Positions 30,001 to 45,000 are shown, counted from the stretch's first letter. The stretch is 64,000 bases of DNA from Eledone cirrhosa (GCA_964016885.1 OZ024740.1:35712001-35776000); one strand, 5' to 3'. The notes: generated by a model from the sequence alone, not told the origin. A program made the numbers and translations.

Positions 30001-33000
30001 GTCTAACAGATGACAGTTATATGAAAGGTGTTGTGGTTTAACAGGTGACAGTTAAATGTAAAGTGTTGTGGTTCAACAGACGACAGTTAAATGTAAGGTG
30101 TTGTGATTCAACAGACGAAAGTTATATGCAAGGTGTTGTGGTTTAACAGACGACAGTTAGATGTAAAGTATAGTGGTTTAACAGGCGACAGTTAGATGTA
30201 AGGTGTTGTGGGTCAACAGGCGACAGTTAGATGTAAGGTGTTGTGGTTTACAGTTGACAGTTAGATGTAAGGTGTAGTGGTTTAACAGACGACAGTTAGA
30301 TGTAAGGTGTAGTGGTTTAACAGACGACAGTTTGATGTAAAGTGTAGTGGTTTAACAGACGACAGTTATATGTAAGGTGTTGTGGTTTAACAGACGACAG
30401 TTAGATGTAAGGTGTTGTGGTTTAACAAACGACTGTTAGATGTAAGGTGTTGTGGTTCAACAGGCGACAGTTAGATGTAAGGTGATGTGGTTTAACAGGT
30501 GACACTTATATGAAAGGTGTTGTGGTTTAACAGGTGACAGTTAGATGTAAGGTGTTGTGGTTTCACAGGCGACAGTTAGATGTAAGGTGTTGTGGTTCAA
30601 CAGGCGACAGTTAGATGTAAGCTGTTGAGGTTTAACAGGTGACAGTTAGATGTAAGGTGTTGTGGATTAACAGGCGACAGTTAGATGTAAGGTCTTGTGG
30701 TTCAACAGGCGACAGTTAGATGTAAGCTGTTGAGGTTTAACAGGTGACAGTTAGATGTAAGGTGTTGTGGATTAACAGGCGACAGTTAGATGTAAGGTCT
30801 TGTGGTTCAACAGGCGACAGTTAGATGTAAGCTGTTGAGGTTTAACAGGTGACAGTTAGATGTAAAGTGTTGTGGTTTAACAGGCGACAGTGAGATGTAA
30901 GGTGTTTTGGTTTTACAGACGACAGTTCGATGTAAGGTGTTGTGTTTTAACAGGTGACAGTTAGATGCAAGGTGTAGGTGTTTAACAAGCAACAGTTAGA
31001 TGTAAGGTGTTGTGGTTTAACAGGTGACAGTGAGATGTAAGGTGTTGTGGTTTAACAGGCGACAGTGAGATGTAAGGTGTTGTGGTTTAACAGGCGACAG
31101 TGAGATGTAAGGTGTAGTGGTTTAACAGGCGACATTTAGATGTAATGTGTTCTGGTTTAACAGGCAACAGTTAGATGTAAGGTGTAGTGGTTTAACAGAC
31201 GACAGTTAGATGTAAGGTGTTGTGGTTCAACAGGCGACAGTTATATGTAAGGTGATGTGGTTCAACAGGCGACAGTTAGATGTAAGTTGTTTTGGTTTAA
31301 CAGGTGACAGTTATATGTAAGGTGTTGTGGTTTAACAGGAGACAGTTAGATGTAAGGTGTTGTGGTTTAACAGACGACAGTTAGATGTAAGTTGTAGTGG
31401 TTTAACAGACGACAGTTAGATGTAAGCTGTAGTGGTTCAACAGACGCCAGTTAAATGTAAGGTGTTGTAGTTTAACAGGTGAAAGTTAGATGTAAGGTGT
31501 AGTGGTTTAACAGACGGCAGTTAGATGTAAGGTGTAGTGGTTTAATAGGCGACATTTAGATGTAAGATGTAGTGGTTTAACAGACGAGAGTTAAATGTAA
31601 GGTGTTGTGGTTTAACAAACGACAGTTAGATATAAGGTGTTGTGGTTCAACAGGCGACAGTTATATGTAAGGTGATGTGGTTCAACAGGCGACAGTTAGA
31701 TGTAAGTTGTTGTGGTTTAACAGGTGACAGTTATATGTAAGGTGTTGTGGTTTAACAGGAGACAGTTAGATGTAAGGTGTTGTGGTTTAACAGACGACAG
31801 TTAGATGTAAGTTGTAGTGGTTTAACAGACGACAGTTAGATATAAGCTGTAGTGGTTCAACAGGCGACAGTTAAATGTAAGGTGTTGTGGTTTAACAGGT
31901 GAAAGTTAGATGTAAGGTGTAGTGGTTTAACAGACGGCAGTTAGATGTAAGGTGTAGTGGTTTAATAGGCGACATTTAGATGTAAGATGTAGTGGTTTAA
32001 CAGACGAGAGTTAAATGTAAGGTGTTGTGGTTTAACAGGCGACAGTTAGATGTAAGGCGTTGTGGTTTAACAGACGTCAGTTAGATGTAAGGTGTTGTGG
32101 TTCAACGGACGAGAGTTAAATGTAAGGTGTTGTGGTTTAACAGACGACAGGTAGATGTAATGAGTCGTTTAACAGTCGTTAGTTAGATGTAAGGTGTAGT
32201 GGTTTAACAGGTGACAGTTAGATGTAAGGTGTTGTCGTTTAACAGGCGACAGTTAGATGGAAGGTGTTGTGGTTCAACATGCGACAGTTAGATGTATGGT
32301 GTTGTGGTTTAACAGGCGACAGTGACATGTAAGATGTTGTGGTTTAACAGGCGACAGTGAGATGTAAGGTGTTGTGGTTTAACAGGTGACAGTGAGATGT
32401 AAGGTGTTGTGGTTCAACAGGCGACAGTTAGATGTATGGTGTTGTGGTTTAACAGGCGACAGTGACATGTAAGATGTTGTGGTTTAACAGGCGACAGTGA
32501 GATGTAAGGTGTTGTGGTTGAACAGGCGACAGTTAGATGTATGGTGTTGTGGTTGAATAGGTGACAGTTAGATGTGAGGTGTTGTGGTTTAACAGGCCAC
32601 AGTGAGATGCAAGGTGTTGTGGTTTAACAGGCGACAGTGAGATGTAAGGTGTAGTGGTTTAATAGCTGACAGTTAGATGCATGGTGTTGTCGTTAAACAG
32701 GCGACAGTTAGATGGAAGGTGTTGTGGTTTAACAGGCGACAGTGAGATGTAAGGTGTTGTGGTTCAACGGGCGACAGTTAGATGTAAGGTGTTGTCGTAT
32801 AACAGGCAACAGTTAGATGGAAGGTGTTGTGGTTTAACAGGTGACAGTTACATGTAAGGTATAGTGGTTTAACAGCTGACAGTGAGATGTAAGGTGTTGT
32901 GGTTCAACAGGCGACAGTTAGATGTAAGGTGTTGTGGTTTAGCAGGTGACAGTTAGATGTAATGTGTTGTGGTTTACCAGGTGACAGTGAGATGTAAGGT

Positions 33001-36000
33001 GTTGTGGTTTAACAGGTGACAGTTAGATGTAAGGTGTTGTGGCTTAACAGACGACAGTTAGATGTATGGTGTTGTGGTTTAACAGACGACAGTGAGATGT
33101 AAGGTGTTGTGGTTTGACAGGTGACAGTTAGATGTAAGGTGTTGTGTTTAAACAAACGACAGTTATATGTAAGGTGATGTGGTTCAACAGGCGACAGTTA
33201 GATGTGAGTTGTTGTGGTTTAACAGGTGACAGTTATATGTAAGGTGTTGTGGTTTAACAGGAGACAGTTAGATGTAAGGTGTTGTGGTTTACAGTTGACA
33301 GTTAGATGTAAGGTGTAGTGGTTTAACAGACGACAGTTAGATGTAAGGTGTAGTGGTTTAACAGACGACAGTTAGATGTAAAATGTAGTGGTTTAACAGA
33401 CGACAGTTATATGTAAGGTGTTGTGGTTTAACAGACGACAGTTAGATGTAATGTGTTGTGGTTTAACAGACGACAGTTAGATGTAAGGTGTTGTGGTTTA
33501 ACAAACGACAGTTAGATGTAAGGTGTTGTGGTTCAACAGGCGACAGTTAGATGTAAGGTGTTGTGGTTTAACAGGTGACAGTTATATGAAAGGTGTTGTG
33601 GTTTAACAGGTGACAGTTAAATGTAAAGTGTTGTGGTTCAACAGACGACAGTTAAATGTAAGGTGTTGTGATTCAACAGACGAGAGTTATATGCAAGATG
33701 TTGTGGTTTAACAGACGACAGTTAGATGTAAAGTATAGTGGTTTAACAGGCGACAGTTAGATTAAGGTGTTGTGGGTCAACAGGCGACAGTTAGATGTAA
33801 GGTGTTGTGGTTTACAGTTGACAGTTAGATGTAAGGTGTAGTGGTTTAACAGACGACAGTTAGATGTAAGGTGTAGTGGTTTAACAGACGACAGTTTGAT
33901 GTAAAGTGTAGTGGTTTAACAGACGACAGTTATATGTAAGGTGTTGTGGTTTAACAGACGACAGTTAGATCTAAGGTGTTGTGGTTTAACAAACGACTGT
34001 TAGATGTAAGGTGTTGTGGTTCAACAGGCGACAGTTAGATGTAAGGTGTTGTGGTTTAACAGGTGACAGTTAGATGTAAGGTGTTGTGGTTTCACAGGTG
34101 ACAGTTAGATGTAAGGTGTAGTGGTTTAACAGGCGACAGTTAGATGTAAGGTGTTGTGGTTCAACAGGCGACAGTTAGATGTAAGCTGTTGAGGTTTAAC
34201 AGGTGACAGTTAGATGTAAGGTGTTGTGGATTAACAGGCGACAGTTAGATGTAAGGTCTTGTGGTTCAACAGGCGACAGTTAGATGTAAGCTGTTGAGGT
34301 TTAACAGGTGACAGTTAGATGTAAGGTGTTGTGGATTAACAGGCGACAGTTAGATGTAAGGTCTTGTGGTTCAACAGGCGACAGTTAGATGTAAGCTGTT
34401 GAGGTTTAACAGGTGACAGTTAGATGTAAAGTGTTGTGGTTTAACAGGCGACAGTGAGATGTAAGGTGTTTTGGTTTTACAGACGACAGTTCGATGTAAG
34501 GTGTTGTGTTTTAACAGGTGACAGTTAGATGCAAGGTGTAGGTGTTTAACAAGCAACAGTTAGATGTAAGGTGTTGTGGTTTAACAGGTGACAGTTAGAT
34601 GGAAGATTTTGTGGTTTAACAGGTGACAGTTAGATGTAATGTGTTCTGGTTTAACAGGCAACAATTAGATGTAAGGTGTTGTGGTTTAACAGGTGACAGT
34701 TAGATGTAAGGTGTTGTGGTTTAACAGGCGACAGTGAGACGTAAGGTGTTGTGGTTTAACAGGCGACAGTGAGATGTAAGGTGTAGTGGTTTAACAGGCG
34801 ACATTTAGATGTAATGTGTTCTGGTTTAACAGGCAACAGTTAGATGTAAGGTGTAGTGGTTTAACAGACGACAGTTAGATGTAAGGTGTTGTGGTTCAAC
34901 AGGCGACAGTTATATGTAAGGTGATGTGGTTCAACAGGCGACAGTTAGATGTAAGTTGTTTTGGTTTAACAGGTGACAGTTATATGTAAGGTGTTGTGGT
35001 TTAACAGGAGACAGTTAGATGTAAGGTGTTGTGGTTTAACAGACGACAGTTAGATGTAAGTTGTAGTGGTTTAACAGACGACAGTTAGATGTAAGCTGTA
35101 GTGGTTCAACAGACGCCAGTTAAATGTAAGGTGTTGTGGTTTAACAGGTGAAAGTTAGATGTAAGGTGTAGTGGTTTAACAGACGGCAGTTAGATGTAAG
35201 GTGTAGTGGTTTAATAGGCGACATTTAGATGTAAGATGTAGTGGTTTAACAGACGAGAGTTAAATGTAAGGTGTTGTGGTTTAACAAACGACAGTTAGAT
35301 GTAAGGTGTTGTGGTTCAACAGGCGACAGTTATATGTAAGGTGATGTGGTTCAACAGGCGACAGTTAGATGTAAGTTGTTGTGGTTTAACAGGTGACAGT
35401 TATATGTAAGGTGTTGTGGTTTAACAGGAGACAGTTAGATGTAAGGTGTTGTGGTTTAACAGACGACAGTTAGATGTAAGTTGTAGTGGTTTAACAGACG
35501 ACAGTTAGATATAAGCTGTAGTGGTTCAACAGGCGACAGTTAAATGTAAGGTGTTGTGGTTTAACAGGTGAAAGTTAGATGTAAGGTGTAGTGGTTTAAC
35601 AGACGGCAGTTAGATGTAAGGTGTAGTGGTTTAATAGGCGACATTTAGATGTAAGATGTAGTGGTTTAACAGACGAGAGTTAAATGTAAGGTGTTGTGGT
35701 TTAACAGGCGACAGTTAGATGTAAGGTGTTGTGGTTTAACAGACGTCAGTTAGATGTAAGGTGTTGTGGTTCAACGGACGAGAGTTAAATGTAAGGTGTT
35801 GTGGTTTAACAGACGACAGTTATATGAAAGGTGTTGTGGTTTAACAGGTGACAGTTAAATGTAAAGTGTTGTGGTTTAACAGGTGACAGTTAGATGTAAG
35901 GTGTTGTCGTTTAACAGGCGACAGTTAGATGGAAGGTGTTGTGGTTCAACATGCGACAGTTAGATGTATGGTGTTGTGGTTTAACAGGCGACAGTGACAT

Positions 36001-39000
36001 GTAAGATGTTGTGGTTTAACAGGCGACAGTGAGATGTAAGGTGTTGTGGTTTAACAGGTGACAGTGAGATGTAAGGTGTTGTGGTTCAACAGGCGACAGT
36101 TAGATGTATGGTGTTGTGGTTGAATAGGTGACAGTTAGATGTGAGGTGTTGTGGTTTAACAGGCCACAGTGAGATGCAAGGTGTTGTGGTTTAACAGGCG
36201 ACAGTGAGATGTAAGGTGTAGTGGTTTAATAGCTGACAGTTAGATGCATGGTGTTGTCGTTAAACAGGCGACAGTTAGATGGAAGGTGTTGTGGTTTAAC
36301 AGGCGACAGTGAGATGTAAGGTGTTGTGGTTCAACGGGCGACAGTTAGATGTAAGGTGTTGTCGTATAACAGGCAACAGTTAGATGGAAGGTGTTGTGGT
36401 TTAACAGGTGACAGTTACATGTAAGGTATAGTGGTTTAACAGCTGACAGTGAGATGTAAGGTGTTGTGGTTCAACAGGCGATAGTTAGATGTAAGGTGTT
36501 GTGGTTTAGCAGGTGACAGTTAGATGTAATGTGTTGTGGTTTACCAGGTGACAGTGAGATGTAAGGTGTTGTGGTTTAACAGGTGACAGTTAGATGTAAG
36601 GTGTTGTGGCTTAACAGACGACAGTTAGATGTATGGTGTTGTGGTTTAACAGACGACAGTGAGATGTAAGGTGTTGTGGTTTGACAGGTGACAGTTAGAT
36701 GTAAGGTGTTGTGTTTAAACAAACGACAGTTATATGTAAGGTGATGTGGTTCAACAGGCGACAGTTAGATGTGAGTTGTTGTGGTTTAACAGGTGACAGT
36801 TATATGTAAGGTGTTGTGGTTTAACAGGAGACAGTTAGATGTAAGGTGTTGTGGTTTACAGTTGACAGTTAGATGTAAGGTGTAGTGGTTTAACAGACGA
36901 CAGTTAGATGTAAGGTGTAGTGGTTTAACAGACGACAGTTAGATGTAAAGTGTAGTGGTTTAACAGACGACAGTTATATTTAAGGTGTTGTGGTTTAACA
37001 GACGACAGTTAGATGTAATGTGTTGTGGTTTAACAGACGACAGTTAGATGTAAGGTGTTGTGGTTTAACAAACGACAGTTAGATGTAAGGTGTTGTGGTT
37101 CAACAGGCGACAGTTAGATGTAAGGTGTTGTGGTTTAACAGGTGACAGTTATATGAAAGGTGTTGTGGTTTAACAGGTGACAGTTAAATGTAAAGTGTTG
37201 TGGTTCAACAGACGACAGTTAAATGTAAGGTGTAGTGGTTTAACAGACGACAGTTAGATGTAAGGTGTAGTGGTTTAACAGACGACGGTTTGATGTAAAG
37301 TGTAGTGGTTTAACAGACGACAGTTATATGTAAGGTGTTGTGGTTTAACAGACGACATTTAGATGTAATGTGTTGTGGTTTAACAGACGACAGTTAGATG
37401 TAAGGTGTTGTGGTTTAACAAACGACTGTTACATGTAAGGTGTTGTGGTTCAACAGGCGATAGTTAGATGTAAGGTGTGGTTTAACAGGTGACAGTAATA
37501 TGAAAGGTGTTGTGGTTTAACAGGTGACAGATAGATGTAAGGTGTTATGGTTTCACAGGTGACAGTTAGATGTAAGGTGTTGTGGTTTAACAGGCGACAG
37601 TTAGATGTAAGGTGTTGTGGTTCAACAGGCGACAGTTAGATGTAAGCTGTTGAGGTTTAACAGGTGACAGTTAGATGTAAGGTGTTGTGGATTAACAGGC
37701 GACAGTTAGATGTAAGGTCTTGTGGTTCAACAGGCGACAGTTAGATGTAAGCTGTTGAGGTTTAACAGGTGACAGTTAGATGTAAGGCGTTGTGGTTTAA
37801 CAGGCGACAGTGAGATGTAAGGTGTTTTGGTTTAACAGACGACAGTGAGATGTAAGGTGTTGTGGTTTAAAAGGTGACAGTTCGATGTAAGGTGTTGTGT
37901 TTTAACAGGTGACAGTTAGATGCAAGGTGTAGGTGTTTAACAAGCAACAGTTAGATGTAAGGTGTTGTGGTTTAACAGGTGACAGTTAGATGGAAGATTT
38001 TGTGGTTTAACAGGTGACAGTTAGATGTAATGTGTTCTGGTTTAACAGGCAACAATTAGATGTAAGGTGTTGTGGTTTAACAGGTGACAGTTAGATGTAA
38101 GGTGTTGTGGTTTAACAGGCGACAGTGAGATGTAAGGTGTTGTGGTTTAACAGGCGACAGTGAGATGTAAGGTGTAGTGGTTTAACAGGCGACATTTAGA
38201 TGTAATGTGTTCTGGTTTAACAGGCAACAGTTAGATGTAAGGTGTAGTGGTTTAACAGCCGACAGTTAGATGTAAGGTGTAGTGGTTTAACAGAAGACAG
38301 TTAGATGTAAGGTGTAGTGGTTTAACAGACGACAGTTAGATGTAAGGTGTAGTGGTTTAACAGAAGACAGTTAGATGTAAGGTGTAGTGGTTCACAGGCG
38401 ACAGTTAGATGTAAGGTGTCCTGGTTTAACAGACGACAGTTAGATGTAAGTTGTAGTGGTTTAACAGAAGACAGTTAGATGTAAGCTGTAGTGGTTCAAC
38501 AGACGACAGTTAAATGTAAGGTGTTGTGGTTTAACAGGTGAAAGTTAGTTGTAAGGTGTAGTGGTTTAACAGACGGCAGTTAGATGTAAGGTGTAGTGGT
38601 TTAATAGGCGACATTTAGATGTAAGATGTAGTGGTTGAACAGACGAGATTTAAGTGTAAGGTGTTGTGGTTTAACAGGCGACAGTTAGATGTAAGGTGTT
38701 GTGGTTTAACAGACGTTAGTTAGATGTAAGGTGTTGTGGTTCAACGGACGAGAGTTAAATGTAAGGTGTTGTGGTTTAACAGACGACAGTTAGATGTAAT
38801 GAGTCGTTTAACAGTCGTTAGTTAGATGTAAGGTGTAGTGGTTTAACAGGTGACAGTTAGATGTAAGGTGTTGTCGTTTAACAGGCGACAGTTAGATGGA
38901 AGGTGTTGTGGTTCAACATGCGACAGTTAGATGTATGGTGTTGTGTTTTAACAGGCGACAGTGACATGTAAGATGTTGTGGTTTAACAGGCGACAGTGAG

Positions 39001-42000
39001 ATGTAAGGTGTTGTGGTTTAACAGGCGACAGTGAGATGTAAGGTGTTGTGGTTCAACAGGCGACAGTTAGATGTATGGTGTTGTGGTTTAACAGGCGACA
39101 GTGACATGTAAGATGTTGTGGTTTAACAGGCGACAGTGAGATGTGAGGTGTAGTGGTTTAACAGGTGACAGTTAGATGTAAGGTATAGTGGTTTAACAGG
39201 CGACAGTTAGATGTAAGGTGTTGTGGTTTAACAGGCGACAGTGAGATGTAAGGTGTTGTGGTTCAACAGGCGACAGTTAGATGTAAGGAGTTGAGGTTTA
39301 ACAGGTGACAGTTAGATGTAAGGTGTTGTGGTTTAACAGGCGACAGTGAGATGTAAGGTGTAGTTGGTTAACGGGTGACAGTTAGATGTAAGGTGTTGTC
39401 GTTTAACAGGCAACAGTTAGATGGAAGGTGTTGTGGTTTAACAGGTGAGAGTTAGATGTAAGGTATAGTGGTTTAACAGGCGACAGTGAGATGTAAGGTG
39501 TTGTGGTTCAACAGGCGACAGTTAGATGTAAGGTGTTGTGGTTTAACAGGCGACAGTTAGATTTAAGGTGTTGTGGGTCAACAGGCGACAGTTAGATGTA
39601 AGCTGTTGAGGTTTAACAGGTGACAGTTAGATGTAAGGTGTTGTGGTTTAACAGGCGACAGTTAGATGTAAGGTGTTGTGGTTTAACAGGCGACAGTTAG
39701 ATGTAATGTGTCCTGGTTTAACAGGCGACAGTTAGATGTATGGTGTTGTGGTTCAACAGGCGACAGTTAGATGTAAGGTGTTGAGGTTTAACAGGTGACA
39801 GTTAGATGTAAGGTGTTGTGGTGTAACAGGCGACAGTGAGATGTAAGGTGTAGTGGGTTAACGGGTGATAGTTAGATGTAAGGTGTTGTCGTTTAACAGG
39901 CAACAGTTAGATGTAAGGTGTAGTGGTTTAACAGGTGACAGTTAGATGCAAGGTGTAGGTGTTTAACAAGCAACAGTTAGATGTAAGGTGTTGTGGTTTA
40001 ACAGGTGACAGTTAGATGTAAGGTGTTGTGGTTTAACAGGTGACAGTTAGATGTAAGGTGTTCTTGTTTAACAGGCCACAATTAGATGTAAGGTGTTGTG
40101 GTTTAACAGGTGATAGTTAGATGTAAGGTGTTGTGGTTTAACAGGCGACAGTGAGATGTAAGGTGTTGTGGTTTAATAGGCGACAGTGAGATGTAAGGTG
40201 TAGTGGTTTAACAGGCGACAGTTAGATTTAATGTGTTCTGGTTTAACAGGCAACAGTTAGATGTAAGGTGTAGTGGTTTAACAGACGACTGTTAGATGTA
40301 AGGTGTAGTGGTTTAACAGGCGACAGTTAGATGTAATGTGTTCTGGTTTAACAGGCAACAGTTAGATGTAAGGTGTAGTGGTTTAACAGACGACAGTTAG
40401 ATGTAAGGTGTAGTGGTTTAACAGACGACAGTTAGATGTAAGGTGTAGTGGTTTAACAGACGACAGTTAGATGTAAGGTGTAGTGGTTTAACAGACGACA
40501 GTTAGATGTAAGGTGTAGTGGTTTAACAGAAGACAGTTAGATGTAATGTGTAGTGGTTCAACAGGCGACAGTTAGATGGAAGGTGTTGTGGTTTCACAGG
40601 TGACAGTTATATGTAAGGTGTTGTGGTTTAACAGGCGACAGTGAGATGTAAGGTGTTGTGGTTTAACAGGCGACAGTGAGATGTAAGGTGTAGTGGTTTA
40701 ACAGGTGACAGTTAGATGTATGGTGTTGTCGTTAAACAGGCGACAGTTAGATGGAAGGTGTTGTGGTTTCACAGGTGACAGTTAGATGTAAGGTGTTGTG
40801 GTTTAACAGGTGACAGTTAGATGTAAGGTGTTGTGGTTCAACAGGCGACAGTTAGATGTAAGCTGTTGAGGTTTAACAGGTGACAGTTAGATGTAATGTG
40901 TCGTGGTTTAACAGGCGACAGTGAGATGTAAGGTGTTGTGGTTTAACAGGCGACAGTGAGATATAAGGTGTAGTGGTTTAACAGGTGACAGTTAGATGTA
41001 TGGTGTTGTCGTTAAACAGGCGACAGTTAGATGTAAGGTGTTGTGGTTTAACAGGCGACAGTGAGATGTAAGGTGTTGTGGTTTAACAGGCGACAGTTAG
41101 ATGTAAGGCGTTGTGGTTTAACAGGCGACAGTTAGATGTAATGTGTCGTGGTTTAACAGGCGACAGTGAGATGTAAGGTGTAGTGGTTTAACAGGCGACA
41201 GTTAGATGTAATGTGTCGTGGTTTAACAGGCGACAGTTAGATGTAAGGTGTAGTGGTTTAACAGGTGACAGTTAGATGCAAGTTGTAGGTGTTTAACAAG
41301 CAAGAGTTAGATGTAAGGTGTTGTGGTTTAACAGGTGACAGTTAGATGGAAGATTTTGTGGTTTAACAGGCGACAGTTAGATGTAAGGTGTTGTGGTTTA
41401 ACAGGTGACAGTTAGATGCAAGTTGTAGGTGTTTAACAAGCAACAGTTAGATGTAAGGTGTTGTGGTTTAACAGGTGACAGTTAGATGGAAGATTTTGTG
41501 GTTTAACAGGCGACAGTTAGATGTAAGGTGTTCTGGTTTAACAGGCAACAATTAGATGTAAGGTGTTGTGGCTTAACAGGTTACAGTTAGATGTAAGTTG
41601 TTGTGGTTTAACAGGCGACAGTGAGATGTAAGGTGTTGTGGTTCAACGGACGAGAGTTAAATGTAAGGTGTTGTGGTTTAACAGACGACAGTTAGATGTA
41701 ATGAGTCGTTTAACAGTCGTTAGTTAGATGTAAGGTGTAGTGGTTTAACAGGCGACAGTGAGATGTAAGGTGTTGTGGTTCAACAGGCGACAGTTAGATG
41801 TATGGTGTTGTGGTTTAACAGGCGACAGTTAGATGTAAGGTGTTGTGGTTTAACAGGCGACAGTGAGATGTAAGGTGTTGTGGTTCAACAGGCGACAGTT
41901 AGATGTAAGGAGTTGAGGTTTAACAGGTGACAGTTAGATGTAAGGTGTTGTGGTTTAACAGGCGACAGTGAGATGTAAGGTGTAGTGGTTTAACAGAAGA

Positions 42001-45000
42001 CAGTTAGATGTAATGTGTCCTGGTTTAACAGGCGACAGTTAGATGTATGGTGTTGTGGTTCAACAGGCGACAGTTAGATGTAAGGTGTTGAGGTTTAACA
42101 GGTGACAGTTAGATGTAAGGTGTTGTGGTGTAACAGGCGACAGTGAGATGTAAGGTGTAGTGGGTTAACGGGTGACAGTTAGATGTAAGGTGTTGTCGTT
42201 TAACAGGCAACAGTTAGATGTAAGGTGTAGTGGTTTAACAGGTGACAGTTAGATGCAAGGTGTAGGTGTTTAACAAGCAACAGTTAGATGTAAGGTGTTG
42301 TGGTTTAACAGGTGACAGTTAGATGTAAGGTGTTGTGGTTTAACAGGTGACAGTTAGATGTAAGGTGTTCTTGTTTAACAGGCAACAATTAGATGTAAGG
42401 TGTTGTGGTTTAACAGGTGATAGTTAGATGTAAGGTGTTGTGGTTTAACAGGCGACAGTGAGATGTAAGGTGTTGTGGTTTAATAGGCGACAGTGAGATG
42501 TAAGGTGTAGTGGTTTAACAGGCGACAGTTAGATGTAATGTGTTCTGGTTTAACAGGCAACAGTTAGATGTAAGGTGTAGTGGTTTAACAGACGACTGTT
42601 ACATGTAAGGTGTAGTGGTTTAACAGGCGACAGTTAGATGTAATGTGTTCTGGTTTAACAGGCAACAGTTAGATGTAAGGTGTAGTGGTTTAACAGACGA
42701 CAGTTAGATGTAAGGTGTAGTGGTTTAACAGACGACAGTTAGATGTAAGGTGTAGTGGTTTAACAGACGACAGTTAGATGTAAGGTGTAGTGGTTTAACA
42801 GACGACAGTTAGATGTAAGGTGTAGTGGTTTAACAGAAGACAGTTAGATGTAAGGTGTAGTGGTTCAACAGGCGACAGTTAGATGGAAGGTGTTGTGGTT
42901 TCACAGGTGACAGTTATATGTAAGGTGTTGTGGTTTAACAGGCGACAGTGAGATGTAAGGTGTTGTGGTTTAACAGGCGACAGTGAGATGTAAGGTGTAG
43001 TGGTTTAACAGGTGACAGTTAGATGTATGGTGTTGTCGTTAAACAGGCGACAGTTAGATGGAAGGTGTTGTGGTTTCACAGGTGACAGTTAGATGTAAGG
43101 TGTTGTGGTTTAACAGGTGACAGTTAGATGTAAGGTGTTGTGGTTCAACAGGCGACAGTTAGATGTAAGCTGTTGAGGTTTAACAGGTGACAGTTAGATG
43201 TAATGTGTCGTGGTTTAACAGGCGACAGTGAGATGTAAGGTGTTGTGGTTTAACAGGCGACAGTGAGATATAAGGTGTAGTGGTTTAACAGGTGACAGTT
43301 AGATGTATGGTGTTGTCGTTAAACAGGCGACAGTTAGATGTAAGGTGTTGTGGTTTAACAGGCGACAGTGAGATGTAAGGTGTTGTGGTTTAACAGGCGA
43401 CAGTTAGATGTAAGGCGTTGTGGTTTAACAGGCGACAGTTAGATGTAATGTGTCGTGGTTTAACAGGCGACAGTGAGATGTAAGGTGTAGTGGTTTAACA
43501 GGCGACAGTTAGATGTAATGTGTCGTGGTTTAACAGGCGACAGTTAGATGTAAGATGTAGTGGTTTAACAGGTGACAGTTAGATGCAAGTTGTAGGTGTT
43601 TAACAAGCAACAGTTAGATGTAAGGTGTTGTGGTTTAACAGGTGACAGTTAGATGGAAGATTTTGTGGTTTAACAGGCGACAGTTAGATGTAAGGTGTTG
43701 TGGTTTAACAGGTGACAGTTAGATGCAAGTTGTAGGTGTTTAACAAGCAACAGTTAGATGTAAGGTGTTGTGGTTTAACAGGTGACAGTTAGATGGAAGA
43801 TTTTGTGGTTTAACAGGCGACAGTTAGATGTAAGGTGTTCTGGTTTAACAGGTAACAATTAGATGTAAGGTGTTGTGGCTTAACAGGTTACAGTTAGATG
43901 TAAGTTGTTGTGGTTTAACAGGCGACAGTGAGATGTAAGGTGTTGTGGTTCAACGGACGAGAGTTAAATGTAAGGTGTTGTGGTTTAACAGACGACAGTT
44001 AGATGTAATGAGTCGTTTAACAGTCGTTAGTTAGATGTAAGGTGTAGTGGTTTAACAGGCGACAGTGAGATGTAAGGTGTTGTGGTTCAACAGGCGACAG
44101 TTAGATGTATGGTGTTGTGGTTTAACAGGCGACAGTTAGATGTAAGGTGTTGTGGTTTAACAGGCGACAGTGAGATGTAAGGTGTTGTGGTTCAACAGGC
44201 GACAGTTAGATGTAAGGAGTTGAGGTTTAACAGGTGACAGTTAGATGTAAGGTGTTGTGGTTTAACAGGCGACAGTGAGATGTAAGGTGTAGTTGGTTAA
44301 CGGGTGACAGTTAGATGTAAGGTGTTGTCGTTTAACAGGCAACAGTTAGATGGAAGGTGTTGTGGTTTAACAGGTGAGAGTTAGATGTAAGGTATAGTGG
44401 TTTAACAGGCGACAGTGAGATGTAAGGTGTTGTGGTTCAACAGGCGACAGTTAGATGTAAGGTGTTGTGGTTTAAGAGGCGACAGTGAGATGTAAGGTGT
44501 TGTGGTTTCACAGGTGACAGTTAGATGTAAGGTGTTGTGGTTTAACAAGCGACAGTTAGATGTAAGGTGTTGTGGGTCAACAGGCGACAGTTAGATATTA
44601 GCTGTTGAGGTTTAACAGGTGACAGTTAGATGTAAGGTGTTGTGGTTTAACAGGCGACAGTTAGATGTAAGGTGTTGTGGTTTAACAGGCGACAGTTAGA
44701 TGTAATGTGTCCTGGTTTAACAGGCGACAGTTAGATGTATGGTGTTGTGGTTCAACAGGCGACAGTTAGATGTAAGGTGTTGAGGTTTAACAGGTGACAG
44801 TTAGATGTAAGGTGTTGTGGTGTAACAGGCGACAGTGAGATGTAAGGTGTAGTGGGTTAACGGGTGACAGTTAGATGTAAGGTGTTGTCGTTTAACAGGC
44901 AACAGTTAGATGTAAGGTGTAGTGGTTTAACAGGTGACAGTTAGATGCAAGGTGTAGGTGTTTAACAAGCAACAGTTAGATGTAAGGTGTTGTGGTTTAA

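Noticed and set aside
10505-34556. Short minus-strand ORFs in the satellite (74 aa and four identical 61 aa)
   Set aside because: These are chance stop-free runs of a non-triplet 35-bp repeat, useful only as markers of duplicated blocks.
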